From assembly GCA_965202985.1 (NCBI GenBank), contig CBDBCF010000002.1, positions 320,001 to 384,000 of the forward strand: DNA of 64,000 nucleotides, given 5' to 3'. Below are positions 37,085 to 50,300 of the stretch, in pieces. The notes beneath the pieces are model-generated. The model ran no database searches and was not told where the DNA came from. It saw only the letters and a program-made list of their open reading frames with translations. A program made the position numbers and the translations under genes. Position 1 is the stretch's first letter. Each line of letters starts with the position of its first letter. The DNA comes from Longimicrobiales bacterium (GTDB taxonomy: Bacteria; Gemmatimonadota; Gemmatimonadetes; Longimicrobiales; Gaopeijiaceae).

Positions 37085-38149
37085 ATGAACGGCTTCATGA
37101 CCGCCGTGGCCCTTGCGCTTGCGGGCTGGACTTCGGGCGTCGCGGCGCAGGAAGCGGGGGACATGACGATCTTGGAGCCGTGCGGGACAAGCTGCGGCGT
37201 CACGCTGGTTCCCGAGGGCGAGTACGGCGAGGACTCCGGCCCGGGCATGATCGAGGCGACGATGGCAAGGGCTTGGCGGGACGCTTCGGGCAGGGTGTAC
37301 GTCACCGGCGAGAGTGCGCCTCACGTCTGGGTGTTCGGTGCGGACGGGAGCTTCCTGAGGCGGATCGGACGGCAGGGCTCGGGTCCTGGAGAGTTCCAGT
37401 ACCTGCACTCGCTGACTCTCGTCGACGACGGCGTGTTTGCGGCGTTGGACTCCGGCCGAGGGGCGATCCTGACCTATGACTGGACCGGACAGCTGCAACG
37501 GGAAGTGAGAACACAAGGCTGGCTGCCCTTGGGGTTCCAGACGATTCACTTCGAAGGCGACTTGGCGGTCTCTACGGCCGAGTTCCACACGCCCGAGAAC
37601 ATGGGGTACCCTCTCCGCCTGATCGACCTGGGGGCCGGCACGATTCGAGAGTCGTTCGGATCCCGGACGGGCGACTACCCCTTGGGAACCAGACTTGTGC
37701 AGAAGTCGATCGCGCGGGGCCCTAACCGAACGGTCTGGATGGCGCGCATCACGGCCTACGAAATCGAGCTGTGGGAGCCGAACCGGCTGCTTCGCACGTT
37801 GCGGCGCGACGTGGACTGGTTTCCGGACGTGAAGCCGGACGAGCGTGGCCACGGAATGGAGGCGAAGCCGACTCCCGTGTTCGCGCACATGGCGTCCGAC
37901 GACTCGTTGCTCTGGGTGTTCCTTTACACGGCGGACGAACGATGGGCGCAAGCAGCCGAGACCCAGGACCGGGACCTGTATCTGGACACGACCATCGAAG
38001 TCATCGACTGGCGGCGCGGGCAGGTCGTCGCCAGTCGGCGTCTCGACGAGGAGTTCGACGCCTGGCTGGAGCCGGGCCTAGCGGGCCGGTTGGCGGTCAC
38101 GCAGACGGGCGATGTCCGGTATCGGACGTACCGCGTTCGGCTGCACTGA
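37085..38149 (+). CDS. Secreted 6-bladed beta-propeller (NHL-like) protein
   Basis: GAGGAGG RBS, signal peptide, VFGADGSFLRRIGRQGSGPGEFQ. Confidence 0.8.
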   Translation: MNGFMTAVALALAGWTSGVAAQEAGDMTILEPCGTSCGVTLVPEGEYGEDSGPGMIEATMARAWRDASGRVYVTGESAPHVWVFGADGSFLRRIGRQGSGPGEFQYLHSLTLVDDGVFAALDSGRGAILTYDWTGQLQREVRTQGWLPLGFQTIHFEGDLAVSTAEFHTPENMGYPLRLIDLGAGTIRESFGSRTGDYPLGTRLVQKSIARGPNRTVWMARITAYEIELWEPNRLLRTLRRDVDWFPDVKPDERGHGMEAKPTPVFAHMASDDSLLWVFLYTADERWAQAAETQDRDLYLDTTIEVIDWRRGQVVASRRLDEEFDAWLEPGLAGRLAVTQTGDVRYRTYRVRLH

Positions 38150-38185
38150 AGCGAGGGGCGACACCACCCGGCGAGCATCGCTCAC

Positions 38186-38223
38186 TTGGCGCTCAACGGA
38201 GCTATTGGCGCTCAACGGAGCTA
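38186..38223. repeat. Perfect 19-bp tandem direct repeat TTGGCGCTCAACGGAGCTA x2
   Basis: 38186-38204 and 38205-38223 are identical. Confidence 0.95.
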
Positions 38224-38303
38224 CTTGTTATCTTCACCTTAGTGAGTGAGGTGAGCCGGTGGGTCGATGAGCCCTCAGCACGACCATTAGCAGGAGCCAC
38301 GCA

Positions 38304-41300
38304 TTGGCAACGCCAGTGACGAAAGCAGGCTCGGACGTACGCGACTCGGCTCCTCCTCTTGTCGGCAGAGCGTGGACAGGTCTCGCCGTCCCGTTTTTGC
38401 TGGTGTTGATCGGGGGGTTACCCTCCGGCGGAGCTGAGGCCCAGGCGCTGACGGTGCAGCGTTTCAACTTTCGCGGTTTGGCGGAGGGCGACAGCACGTA
38501 CTACCTGAACGAGGTGGTGCGGTTGCGTGTGTTCTTCACGCAGCACATCACGGTGGACACGTCGGGCGGCGAGCCGTACGTGGACCTGACGATCGGCTCG
38601 ACGACGCGGCGTGCCGCGTACAACTCTTCGCGGCAGAACTACCTGGGCTTCAGCTACCGGGTGCAGGCGGACGACTTGGACGACGACGGCGTGAGCGTTC
38701 CGGCGAACGGGTTGACGCTGAACGGCGCGGTGGTCACGGCGAAGAACAACCCTGCGGTCGTCGCTGATCCGGCGCACGGGTTGGCGGAGGGCGGGCTGTC
38801 GCGCAAGGTGGACGGCAGCCAGGTTCGGCCGCCGGACCCGACGCTGTCGGCGGTCGGGGCGAGCGTGGCCGAGGGCGGAGCGGGCGCGGAGACGGATCTC
38901 GAGTTCGCGGTGCGGCTGTCGCCGGCGGCCGGGGCGCGCGTGACGGTGGACTATTCGGACGCGGGGAGCGGGACGGCGACGTCGGGCGAGGACTACGCGG
39001 CGATCGAGGGCGGGACGCTGACGTTCGAGCCTGGCGAAACGCTGAAGACGGTGTGGGTGAAGGTGCGGGGCGACGACGTGGTGGAGGACGACGAGACGGT
39101 GGTGCTGGCGTTGAGCGGCGCGACGAACGCGGAGTTGGCGACTCGGACGGTACGGGGCACGATCGTGGACGACGACGAGGCGCCTCCGGCGCTGACGGTC
39201 GAGCGGATCGACTTCCGGGATGCGCCCGGGGGCGACAGCACGTACTACCGTGGTGAGATCGTTCGGGTGCGGGTGTTCTTCTCTCAGCGCATCGCGGTGG
39301 ACGCCTCGGGCGGCCTGCCGTCGGTGGACCTGACGGTCGGGACGGAGACGCGGCGGGCGGTGATGGGTTCGAGGAGCTGGAACCAGAACCGGCTGGAGCT
39401 CAGGTACACAGTGCAGGAGGGCGACTACGACGCCGACGGCGTGAGCGTGCAGGCGAACAGCCTTGCGCTGAACGGCGCGGTGGTCACGGCGCAGAACGAC
39501 GCATCGGTCCGTGCGGAGACGGCACACGGCGCGGCCGATGGGGGCGCGGCGCACAAGGTGGACGGCAGCCAGGTTCGGCCGCCGGACCCGACGCTGTCGG
39601 CGGTCGGGGCGAGCGTGGCCGAGGGCGGAGCGGGCGCGGAGACGGACCTCGAGTTCGCGGTGCGGCTGTCGCCGGCGGCTGGGGCGCGCGTGACGGTGGA
39701 CTATTCGGACGCGGGGAGCGGGACGGCGACGTCGGGCGAGGACTACGCGGCGATCGAGGGCGGGACGCTGACGTTCGAGCCTGGGGACACGTTGAAGACG
39801 GTGTGGGTGAAGGTGCGGGGCGACGACGCGGAGGAGGACGACGAGACGGTGGTGCTGGCGTTGAGCGGCGCGACGAACGCGGAGTTGGCGACTCGGACGG
39901 TACGGGGCACGATCGTGGACGACGACGAGGCGCCTCCGGCGCTGACGGTGCAGCGTTTCAACTTTCGCGGTTTGGCGGAGGGCGACAGCACGTACTACCT
40001 GAACGAGGTGGTGCGGTTGCGTGTGTTCTTCACGCAGCACATCACGGTGGACACGTCGGGCGGCGAGCCGTACGTGGACCTGACGATCGGCTCGACGACG
40101 CGGCGAGCCGCGTACAACTCTTCGCGGCAGAACTACCTGGGCTTCAGCTACCGGGTGCAGGCGGACGACTTGGACGACGACGGCGTGAGCGTTCCGGCGA
40201 ACGGGTTGCAGCTGAACGGCGCGGTGGTCACGGCGAAGGACAACTCTGCGGTCGTCGCGGACCCGGCGCACGGTTTGGCGGAGGGCGGGCTGTCGCGCAA
40301 GGTGGACGGCAGCCAGGTCCGGCCGCAGGGGCCGACGGTCTCCGCGGAAGGGGCGAGCGTGGCCGAGGGCGGTGCGGGCGCGGAGACGGATCTCGAGTTC
40401 GCGGTGCGGCTGTCGCCGGCGGCCGGGGCGCGCGTGACGGTGGACTATTCGGACGCGGGGAGCGGGACGGCGACGTCGGGCGAGGACTACGCGGCGATCG
40501 AGGGCGGGACGCTGACGTTCGAGCCTGGCGAAACGCTGAAGACGGTGTGGGTGAAGGTGCGGGGCGACGACGTGGTGGAGGACGACGAGACGGTGGTGCT
40601 GGCGTTGAGCGGCGCGACGAACGCGGAGTTGGCGACTCGGACGGTACGGGGCACGATCGTGGACGACGACGAGGCGCCTCCGGCGCTGACGGTCGAGCGG
40701 ATCGACTTCCGGGATGCGCCCGGGGGCGACAGCACGTACTACCGTGGTGAGATCGTTCGGGTGCGGGTGTTCTTCTCTCAGCGCATCGCGGTGGACGCCT
40801 CGGGCGGCCTGCCGTCGGTGGACCTGACGGTCGGGACGGAGACGCGGCGGGCGGTGATGGGTTCGAGGAGCTGGAACCAGAACCGGCTGGAGCTCAGGTA
40901 CACAGTGCAGGAGGGCGACTACGACGCCGACGGCGTGAGCGTGCAGGCGAACAGCCTTGCGCTGAACGGCGCGGTGGTCACGGCGCAGAACGACGCATCG
41001 GTCCGTGCGGAGACGGCACACGGCGCGGCCGATGGGGGCGCGGCGCACAAGGTGGACGGCAGCCAGGTTCGGCCGCCGGACCCGACGCTGTCGGCGGTCG
41101 GGGCGAGCGTGGCCGAGGGCGGAGCGGGCGCGGAGACGGACCTCGAGTTCGCGGTGCGGCTGTCGCCGGCGGCTGGGGCGCGCGTGACGGTGGACTATTC
41201 GGACGCGGGGAGCGGGACGGCGACGTCGGGCGAGGACTACGCGGCGATCGAGGGCGGGACGCTGACGTTCGAGCCTGGGGACACGTTGAAGACGGTGTGG

Positions 41301-44300
41301 GTGAAGGTGCGGGGCGACGACGCGGAGGAGGACGACGAGACGGTGGTGCTGGCGTTGAGCGGCGCGACGAACGCGGAGTTGGCGACTCGGACGGTACGGG
41401 GCACGATCGTGGACGACGACGAGGCGCCTCCGGCGCTGACGGTGCAGCGTTTCAACTTTCGCGGTTTGGCGGAGGGCGACAGCACGTACTACCTGAACGA
41501 GGTGGTGCGGTTGCGTGTGTTCTTCACGCAGCACATCACGGTGGACACGTCGGGCGGCGAGCCGTACGTGGACCTGACGATCGGCTCGACGACGCGGCGA
41601 GCCGCGTACAACTCTTCGCGGCAGAACTACCTGGGCTTCAGCTACCGGGTGCAGGCGGACGACTTGGACGACGACGGCGTGAGCGTTCCGGCGAACGGGT
41701 TGCAGCTGAACGGCGCGGTGGTCACGGCGAAGGACAACTCTGCGGTCGTCGCGGACCCGGCGCACGGTTTGGCGGAGGGCGGGCTGTCGCGCAAGGTGGA
41801 CGGCAGCCAGGTCCGGCCGCAGGGGCCGACGGTCTCCGCGGAAGGGGCGAGCGTGGCCGAGGGCGGTGCGGGCGCGGAGACGGATCTCGAGTTCGCGGTG
41901 CGGCTGTCGCCGGCGGCCGGGGCGCGCGTGACGGTGGACTATGCGGACGCGGGGAGCGGGACGGCGACGTCGGGCGAGGACTACGCGGCGATCGAGGGCG
42001 GGACGCTGACGTTCGAGCCTGGCGAAACGCTGAAGACGGTGTGGGTGAAGGTGCGGGGCGACGACGTGGTGGAGGACGACGAGACGGTGGTGCTGGCGTT
42101 GAGCGGCGCGACGAACGCGGAGTTGGCGACTCGGACGGTACGGGGCACGATCGTGGACGACGACGAGGCGCCGACGGTGGAACACATCGCGCTCCTGGGC
42201 TTGGCGGACGGCGACAGCACGTACTATCGGGGAGAGTCGGTGCGCGTGCGGATGCGTTTCTCGCAGCACATCACGGTCGACACGTCGGACGGCGAGCCCT
42301 ACGTGGACCTGATAGTCGGCTCGACGACCCGGCGGGCCGACTTGGTCGCGTGGAAGCTGAACCGGATCGACTTCCGGTACGTGGTGCAGGCGGCCGACTT
42401 CGACGCCGACGGCGTGAGCGTTCCGGCGAACAGCTTGACGCTGGACGGCGCGGTGGTCACGGCGAAGAACAACCCGGCGGTTGCCGTTGACCCGGCGCAC
42501 GGCGTGACGGAGGGCGGGCTGTCTCGCAAGGTGGACGGCAGCCAGGTCCGGCCGCAGGGGCCAACGGTCTCCGCGGAAGGGGCGAGCGTGGTCGAGGGTG
42601 GAGCGGGCGCCGAAACGGACCTCGAGTTTGCGGTGCGGCTGTCGCCGGCGGCTGGCGCGCGTGTGACGGTGGACTACTCGGACGCGGGCAACGGGACGGC
42701 GACGTCGGGCGAGGACTACGCGGCGATCGAGGGCGGGACGCTGACGTTCGAGCCTGGGGACACGTTGAAGACGGTGTGGGTGAAGGTGCGGGGCGACGAC
42801 GCGGAGGAGGACGACGAGACGGTGGTGCTGGCGTTGAGTGGCGCGACGAATGCGGAGTTGGCGACTCGGACGGTCAGAGGCACGATCGTGGACGACGACG
42901 AGGCGCCGCCGGCGCTGACGGTCAATCAGATCGTGTTCCGGGGCTTGGGCGCCAGCGACAGCACGTACTATCGGGGCGAGGTGGTGCGCGTGCGGGTGCG
43001 CTTCTCTCAGCACGTCACGGTGGACACGTCGGGCGGCGAGCCGTACGTGGACCTGACGATCGGCTCGACGACTCGGCGGGCCAACTTCGGCTCTTCGCGG
43101 CAGAACTACCTGGACTTCAGCTACCGCGTGCAGGCAGACGACTTCGACAGCGACGGCGTGAGCGTTCCGGCGAACAGCTTGACGCTGAACGGCGCGGTGG
43201 TCACGGCGAAGGACAACCCTGCGGTGGTCGCGGACCCGGCGCACGGTGTGGCGGAGGGCGGACTGTCGCGCAAGGTGGACGGCAGCCAAGTCCGGCCGCC
43301 GGGGCCGGCGGTCGCCCGGGTCGACTTCCGCGGCTTGGCGGAAGGCGACAGCACGTACTACCGGGGTGAAATCGTTCGGGTGCGGGTGTTCTTCACGCAG
43401 CGCATCGCGGTGGACGCTTCGGACGGCCTGCCGTCGGTGGACCTGACGGTCGGGGCAGAGACGCGGCAGGCGGTAATGGGTCCGAGGAGCTGGAACCAGA
43501 ACCGGCTGGAACTCCGCTACACGGTGCAGGAGGGCGACTACGACGCCGACGGCGTGAGCGTGCAGGCGAACAGCCTTGCGCTGAACGGCGCGGTGATCAC
43601 GGCGCAGAACGACGCTTCTGCCCGAGCGGATACGGCGCACGGCCCGGTCGATGGGGGCGTGTTGCGGAAGGTGGACGGCGGCCGGATCCGACCGCAGGGG
43701 CCGACGCTGTCGGCCGGCGGGGCGAGCGTGGTCGAGGGCGGGACGGATGTCGAGACGGAGCTGGAGTTCGAGGTGTGGCTTGGGCCGCCGGCCACGACGC
43801 GGGTCACGGTGGACTACGCGGACGCGGGCAGCGGCATGGCAACCTCGGGCGAGGACTACGCGGCGATTGAGGGCGGCACGCTGACCTTCGAGCCGGGCGA
43901 AACGCTGAAGACGGTGAGCGCGACCGTGCTAGGCGACGACGAACTGGAGGGGGACGAGACGCTGGTGCTGGCGTTGAGCGGCGCGGCGAACGCCGAGCTG
44001 GCGACTCGTAGCGTGACGGGCACGATCGTGGACGACGACGGGCCCCGGCCGACCGTGTCGATCGACCCCGTCTCCATCCACGAACGCGGACCCGAAGAGA
44101 CGGCCACGCTGTCCTTCACGGTGTCGATCAGCGCACCGACGGCAAGACAGGTCACGGTCCGGTACCGGGACGCCGGAACTGGCACGGCCACGCCCGGCGA
44201 CGACTACGATCCGGTCACGCCTGGCACGCTGGTGTTCGCGGCGGAGGACACGGCCCAGACGCTGAACGTGACGGTCCAGGGCGACGCGATGGACGAGCCT

Positions 44301-47300
44301 GCCGAGACGATCGTGCTCGCGCTGGCCAACGCCTTCAACGCCGATCTGCCGGTCGGCGGCGCGACCGGGGTCGGCACAATTGTGGACGACGACGACGCGC
44401 CGACGCTTTCGGCCGATTCGCCTTCGGTCGAGGAGGGCAACAGCGGCGGTCGTCGACTGACGTTCGCGCTTGCGCTGGATCGCCCGAGCGGCCACGGCTT
44501 GGCGGTGCACTACGCCGATGCGGACACGGGCACCGCGACATCGGGCGCCGACTACGAGGCGGTTTCGCCGGATACGCTCTTCTTCGAGCCGGGCGAGACA
44601 ACGAAGTCGATCAGCGTGATGGTTATGGGGGACACGCTCCAGGAGCGCGACGAGACGGTGGTCCTGCGGCTGTCTGCGCTTGATCCGGCGTTGGTCGCGA
44701 TCTCCGAGACGTTGATCACCGGCAGGATCCGAGACGACGACGGCGACGACTTGGTTCCCTCGTTCGGCGACGCTTCGATGCCGTCGCAACGCTGGATCCG
44801 GGCCTGCGAGATACCAACGTTGCAGCTGCCCCCGGCCGAGGGGGGCGACGCGCCTCTGACGTATGGGTTGGCGCCGGCCCCGCCACCGGGGCTGAAGTTC
44901 GACGCCGAGCGTCGCACGATCGCTGGCACGCCCATGCAGGAGCAGCCGCTCACCACCTACCGCTATACGGCGACGGACGAAGACGGGGATTCGGCGACCT
45001 TGAGCTTCGCGGCCCAGGTCGACCTGGCCGACTGCGTCTTCGAAGGAGGCGATGGACGGGACGCCGACGGGGACCCGCTTGCGGAGGACGACACAAGGAG
45101 CGAGGTACCGCCCACCGTCGACCAAGAGGACGGTGAAACGGAGCAGGCAACGCTGTCGGAAGCCGATGCGGACGGCAGCTTGACAACCGGACCGGCGGTT
45201 GGCGCCCAGTCGTCGACGCCGACGGTGAACCAGATCGTCATTGCGGGCTTGGCCGAGGGAGACAGCACGTACCATCGGGGCGAGATCGTGCGCGTGCGCG
45301 TGCACTTTACACCGCGCATCACGGTGGACGCGTCAGGCGGATTGCCGTACGTGGACCTGACCGTTGGCACGACGACACGGCGTGCCCAGATGGGTGCCAG
45401 GAGCTGGAACCAGAACCGGATCGAGTTCCGGTACACGGTGCAGGCGGACGACTTGGACAGCGACGGCGTGAGCGTTCCGGCGAACAGCTTGAAGCTGAAC
45501 GGCGCGACGGTCGTGGCGCAGAGCGACACTACGGTTCACGCGAACGTTGCCCACGACTCGGCGGCGGGCGGTCTGTCGCGCAAGGTGGACGGCAGCAAGT
45601 ACCGGCCGCCGGAAGTGACCGGCGTGACGTTCAGCAACTCGCCGGCCAGCGGGAACACCTACGGGTACGGCGAGCAGATCGAGGCCACCGTCGCCGTCAA
45701 TCACCGCGTCCAGGTGACCACGACGGGGGGTACGCCGACCTTGGCGTTGACGATCGGCGCGCACACCCGGCAAGCGACGCTGACCAGGGCAGGTAGGCGG
45801 AACCGCCTGACGTTCTCGTACACCGTGCAGTCGGCGGACCTTGCTCCGACGGGCGTGAGCATCGCGGCCAACGCCTTGAGCTTGAACGGCGGCAAGATCA
45901 CGCATGACGCGGACACCGCCACGCATGCGGTCCTCGCCCACGGTGCCGTAGCGGCCGACACGACCCGCAAGGTGAGCGGCCGGCAGGGGCGTCCGCCGAA
46001 GGTCGAAGGGATCGCGTTCGGCGCTGCGCCGAAGGACAGTGTGTACTGGCGTGGCGACACGATTGCGGTTCGTGTGGGGTTCGACGACTCGGTTGCGGTG
46101 AACACGGCGGGCGGCAAGCCGCAGGTGGCGCTGACGATCGGCGCGGCGACCAGACAGGCGACGTTCTCGGCGCACGCCGGCAAGGCGTTGGAGTTCGCGT
46201 ATGTGGTGCAGGCGGCGGACCGGGACTCGGACGGCGTGAGCATCGCGGCGAACGCGCTGGCGCTGAACGGCGCGACGATCAGGGGAGTCGGCGCCGCGTC
46301 CGCACGCGACGCCGACGTGACGCATCCGTTGGTGGAGGCGAGCGCGGCGCGGACGGTGGACGGGAGCAAGGTGCGGGCGCCGGCGGTCCGCGGCGTAGCG
46401 TTCGCGGGCTCGGTGCCCGAGGGAGGCACGTACCACTACGACGCCGAGGTGCGTGTCGAGGTCCTCTTCGACCGGAGCGTGGTGGTGAACGTTGCGGGTG
46501 GGAGTCCTCGGCTCGCGCTTGCGGTGGGGGCGCAGCAGCGGCACGCGGCGTTCGTGCCTTCGGCGAGCACCACCACGGCGCTGGTGTTCGCGTACCGCGT
46601 GCAGTCGGCGGACGTAGATTCGGACGGCGCGAGCGTCGGTGCGAACGCGCTGGACCTGAACGGCGGCGCGATCAAGGCGGCAGCGGACAGCACGGTGTCG
46701 GCGAACGTGACGCACGACGCTTTGGCGTCCGACCTGACGAGGAAAGTGGACGGGCGGCCGCGGATCACGGGCCTGAAGTTGTTTCGCCGGGGGGGTTCGC
46801 CGCCGCCGCGAGGGGTGCACGGGTACCAGGAACGGCTGGGGGTTCTGGCGCGCTTCGATCAGCAGTTGATATTGCGGAAGAGGGTGCACCTGTCGCTCGA
46901 GGTGGGCGCGGACACGGTGCAGCTGCGGTCGCGCTCGAATCTGCGGGAGAAGGGGAGCGCGGTAGCGTTTTTCTACGACGTGACGCGCGATGCGGTGGAC
47001 ACGGACGGCGTGAGTGTGCCGAAGGGAGCGTTGCAGTTGAGCGGCGGGTGGTTGCGGGCGGCGTCGGACGGGGTGACGAACGCGCGGCTGGAACATGACG
47101 AGCTTCCTGCGGACAGCAGCTGGCGGGTGAACGGGAGTCTGACGCCGGTGCCACGGCCGGCTGTGAGCGTCCACGACTTTCCGGCAGTTGGGAGCACGTA
47201 CACGCGGCACGAGCATATCCGCCTCGGGGTGTCGTACTCGGCGGAGGTGGTGGTGACGGGCACGCCGGAGCTGACGTTGAACCTGGGGACGGGGACGCGG

Positions 47301-50300
47301 CGCGTGCCGGCGGTCCGTTCCACGCTCCATGAGTTGTTCTTCGAGTACGTGGTGCAGGCGGGAGACTTGGACGGAGACGGGATCAGCGTGCCGGCGAACG
47401 CGTTGTCGTTGCCGAGCGGCGCGACGGTCCGGTCGGCTGCGGACACGAGCCTCGTGACGTCGCTGACGCACGACTCCGTGCCGACGAGCGCGTCGCACAA
47501 GGTGGACGGGAGCCGAGTGGCGGCAGCGGAGGTGCGGTGGGTGTCGATCAATCCGCCGCCGTCGGCCGACAGCACGTACACTCGGGGCGAGACGTTCTAC
47601 GTGAACGTGATCTTCGACCGCGCCGTCGCGGTGGACACGACGGGCGGCCGGCCGCGGATCGCGCTCGAGATCGGGGACTCGACCCGGTACGCGATGTACT
47701 CGCACGCCCACAGCTTTGGGCCGACGAACCAAGTGTTCGATTTCGTGGTGCAGGCGGGGGACGTGGACACGGACGGGCTGAGCATCGCGGCGAACGCGCT
47801 GGAGCTGAACGGCGGCACGATCACGGCACCGGACGACACGGTGTCGGCCGACCTGTCGCACGATGCGCTGACGCTGGGTTCGCCGTACAAGGTGAACGGC
47901 GACCGGTCGGACGCTCCGCACGCGCGCTGGATGTGGTTCCATGCTCCTGCGAGCGGGGACACGTTCCTGCGCGACGATCGGGTTGTGCTGACGGTGACGT
48001 TCGACCGCCCGACGGCGGTGGACACGGTCGGAGGACGGCCGCGCGTCGCGTTGCAGGTCGGCGACTCGACGCGGCACGCGACGTACATCGGTCATCCGCG
48101 CACAGGGACGAGCTTCAATTTCGAGTACGTGGTGCAGGCGGGCGACGTGGACGCGGACGGGCTCAGCATCCCGGCGAACGCACTGGGGCTGAACGGCGGC
48201 TCATTCACGCTGCCGGGGACCACGACGGCGGCCGTCCTGACGCACGACTCGTTGCCGACGAGCGCGGCGCACAAGGTGGACGGGAGCCGGACGTCCGGCG
48301 ACGCCGAGCCGGAGGAGAATCGGCCGCCGGAAGTCGTGTCGGCGATCGCGCCCATGACGATCGAGGTGGCAAGCCCGGCGGCGGTCGTCGACCTGTCGGC
48401 GCACTTCCGCGACCCGGACGGCGACGAACTCGGCTACTCCGCCGTCTCGGCAGCGCCGCGCTCGGTGCGGGCGGACGTGACGGGCGGCACCTTGACGGTC
48501 GTGCCGCTGGCGGTGGGCGAGTCGCTGGTGACGGTGCGGGCGGCGGACCCCGACGGTGCGGAGGCGGAGCAGAGCTTCATGGTGACGGTCGAGGCGTCGC
48601 GTGCGGACCGCGCCCGGATCATGAAGCGTTCGCTGGCCGCGTTCGGCCGTGCCGTCGGGACCGAGACGGTGGAAGCGATCGGCGGGCGGCTGGGCGCGGC
48701 GGACGACGGTCCCGGCGCAGCGGCGGGCGAGGCGCATCTCCAAGTCGGCGGCCGGTTGCTGTCGTGCGTGGGCGCCGGCGAACGCTGCGGCTTGGGGGAG
48801 CTGGCTCGGCAGGCCGCCGGTGTGCTCGGCTTGCGGGCGTCGCAGGGCGCGGGCAGCCTGGCGTCGGTGCTGTGGGCGGCCGCGAAGGGGAGCCACGACG
48901 CGGGCGCGCTGCGCGGGCTGGCCGGCGCCTTCGGACGACCAGGCGAGACCGGTGCAACGGCCGGCTTCGGCACGTCCGGCAGCTTCGGCCCGACGGCGAA
49001 CCTCGGTCCAACGGCGCACCTCGGCTCGGCGGCCGGCTACGGCGCCGGCGGCTTCGGCGCAACGGCCGACGGGGCGGCTGCCCCCGACGCCCGCTTTGCC
49101 GGCCCGCGCGGCGGCCGCGCCGGCTGGGGGCGGCTGGTCAGCGTGGACCCCGTGTCGCGCGAGGAGTTGCTGGCGCGTTCGTCGTTCCGGTTCTCGCCGG
49201 GCACCGGCCGGCGGGCGACGCCCGGCGGCTGGACGTTCTGGGGCCAAGCCAACGCCGGCGGATTCAAGGGCCGGCCCGAAGACGACCTCGCGCTCGACGG
49301 CACGGTCCGCTCGGCATACCTGGGCGCCGACTACCGGTTCGGAACGGGGCCGCTGGTCGGCTTGGCGCTGTCGCGCACGACCAGCTCGATCGGCTTCGAG
49401 AGCGGGGTCAACGGCACGGGCGCCGTGGACGCCCGCCTGACCAGCTTGTACCCGTACGCGCAGTGGTCGCCGCACGCCGGGTTGAGCCTGTGGGGGCTGG
49501 TCGGCGCGGGCCGCGGCACGGCCAAGCTGTCGGAGGACGCGACGGGCCGCGACTTCGCGACGAACATCGGGATGGCGATGACGGCGGCGGGCGTGCGCCA
49601 GCGGCTGACGGGGGTGCTGGCCGTCAAGGCGGACGCCTTCGCGGTGCGCACCGACGCCGAGGAGGTCCGGGGGCTGGCGGGCGTGGTGGCCAACGTCCAG
49701 CGGTTGCGCTTGGCGTCGGAGGTCGGAGGCCGCTGGGGCTTGTCGGGCGGGTCCGCGATCACGTCGCGGGTCGAGCTGGGCGCTCGGTTCGACGGCGGCG
49801 ACGCGGAGACGGGGGCGGGCGCGGAGGCGGGCGCGGGGCTCGGCTACGTGCACGACGGCATCGGGTTGAGCGTGGACGCGCAAGGCCGGGCGCTGGTGGC
49901 GCACCAGGCGTCGTCGTTGCGGGAGTGGGGTGCGAGCGTCGCGGTCCGTCTCCAACCGAGTCGCGAAGCGGGAGGCTTGTCGTTCACCGTCGAGCCGACC
50001 TGGGGCAACGCGGCGAGCGGCATGGCGATGCTGTGGCGCGACGGACCGACGGGCGGCACGGGCGCGGGCGGCGCGGCCCTGGGTGCCTCGTCCGCGTGGC
50101 AAGCCGGTGGCGGGCCGCTTGCGGGCGGGCGCGCCGGAGCGAGCGCGGGCCGTCTCCGGATGGAGATGGACTACGGAATCGTGTTGCCGGACGGGGGCCG
50201 CGTGGCGCCGTTTGGGCGGTGGGCGGCCGAGAGCGGTTCGGCGCGCCGGCTGAACGTGGGAGTTCGGCTGTCAGTGCTGGCGGCGGCGACGCTCGACCTG

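Noticed and set aside
38186..38223. 19-bp repeat as a CRISPR remnant
   Set aside because: Only two adjacent copies, no spacer and no cas genes.
38445..44040. Repeat variation as a diversity-generating retroelement
   Set aside because: No reverse transcriptase in the window, and the differences I saw are not adenine-specific.
38418..50102. Long antisense ORFs (1740, 920 and 633 aa) opposite the giant gene
   Set aside because: Arg/His-rich shadow ORFs caused by high GC and codon bias; they merely repeat with the sense-strand period.
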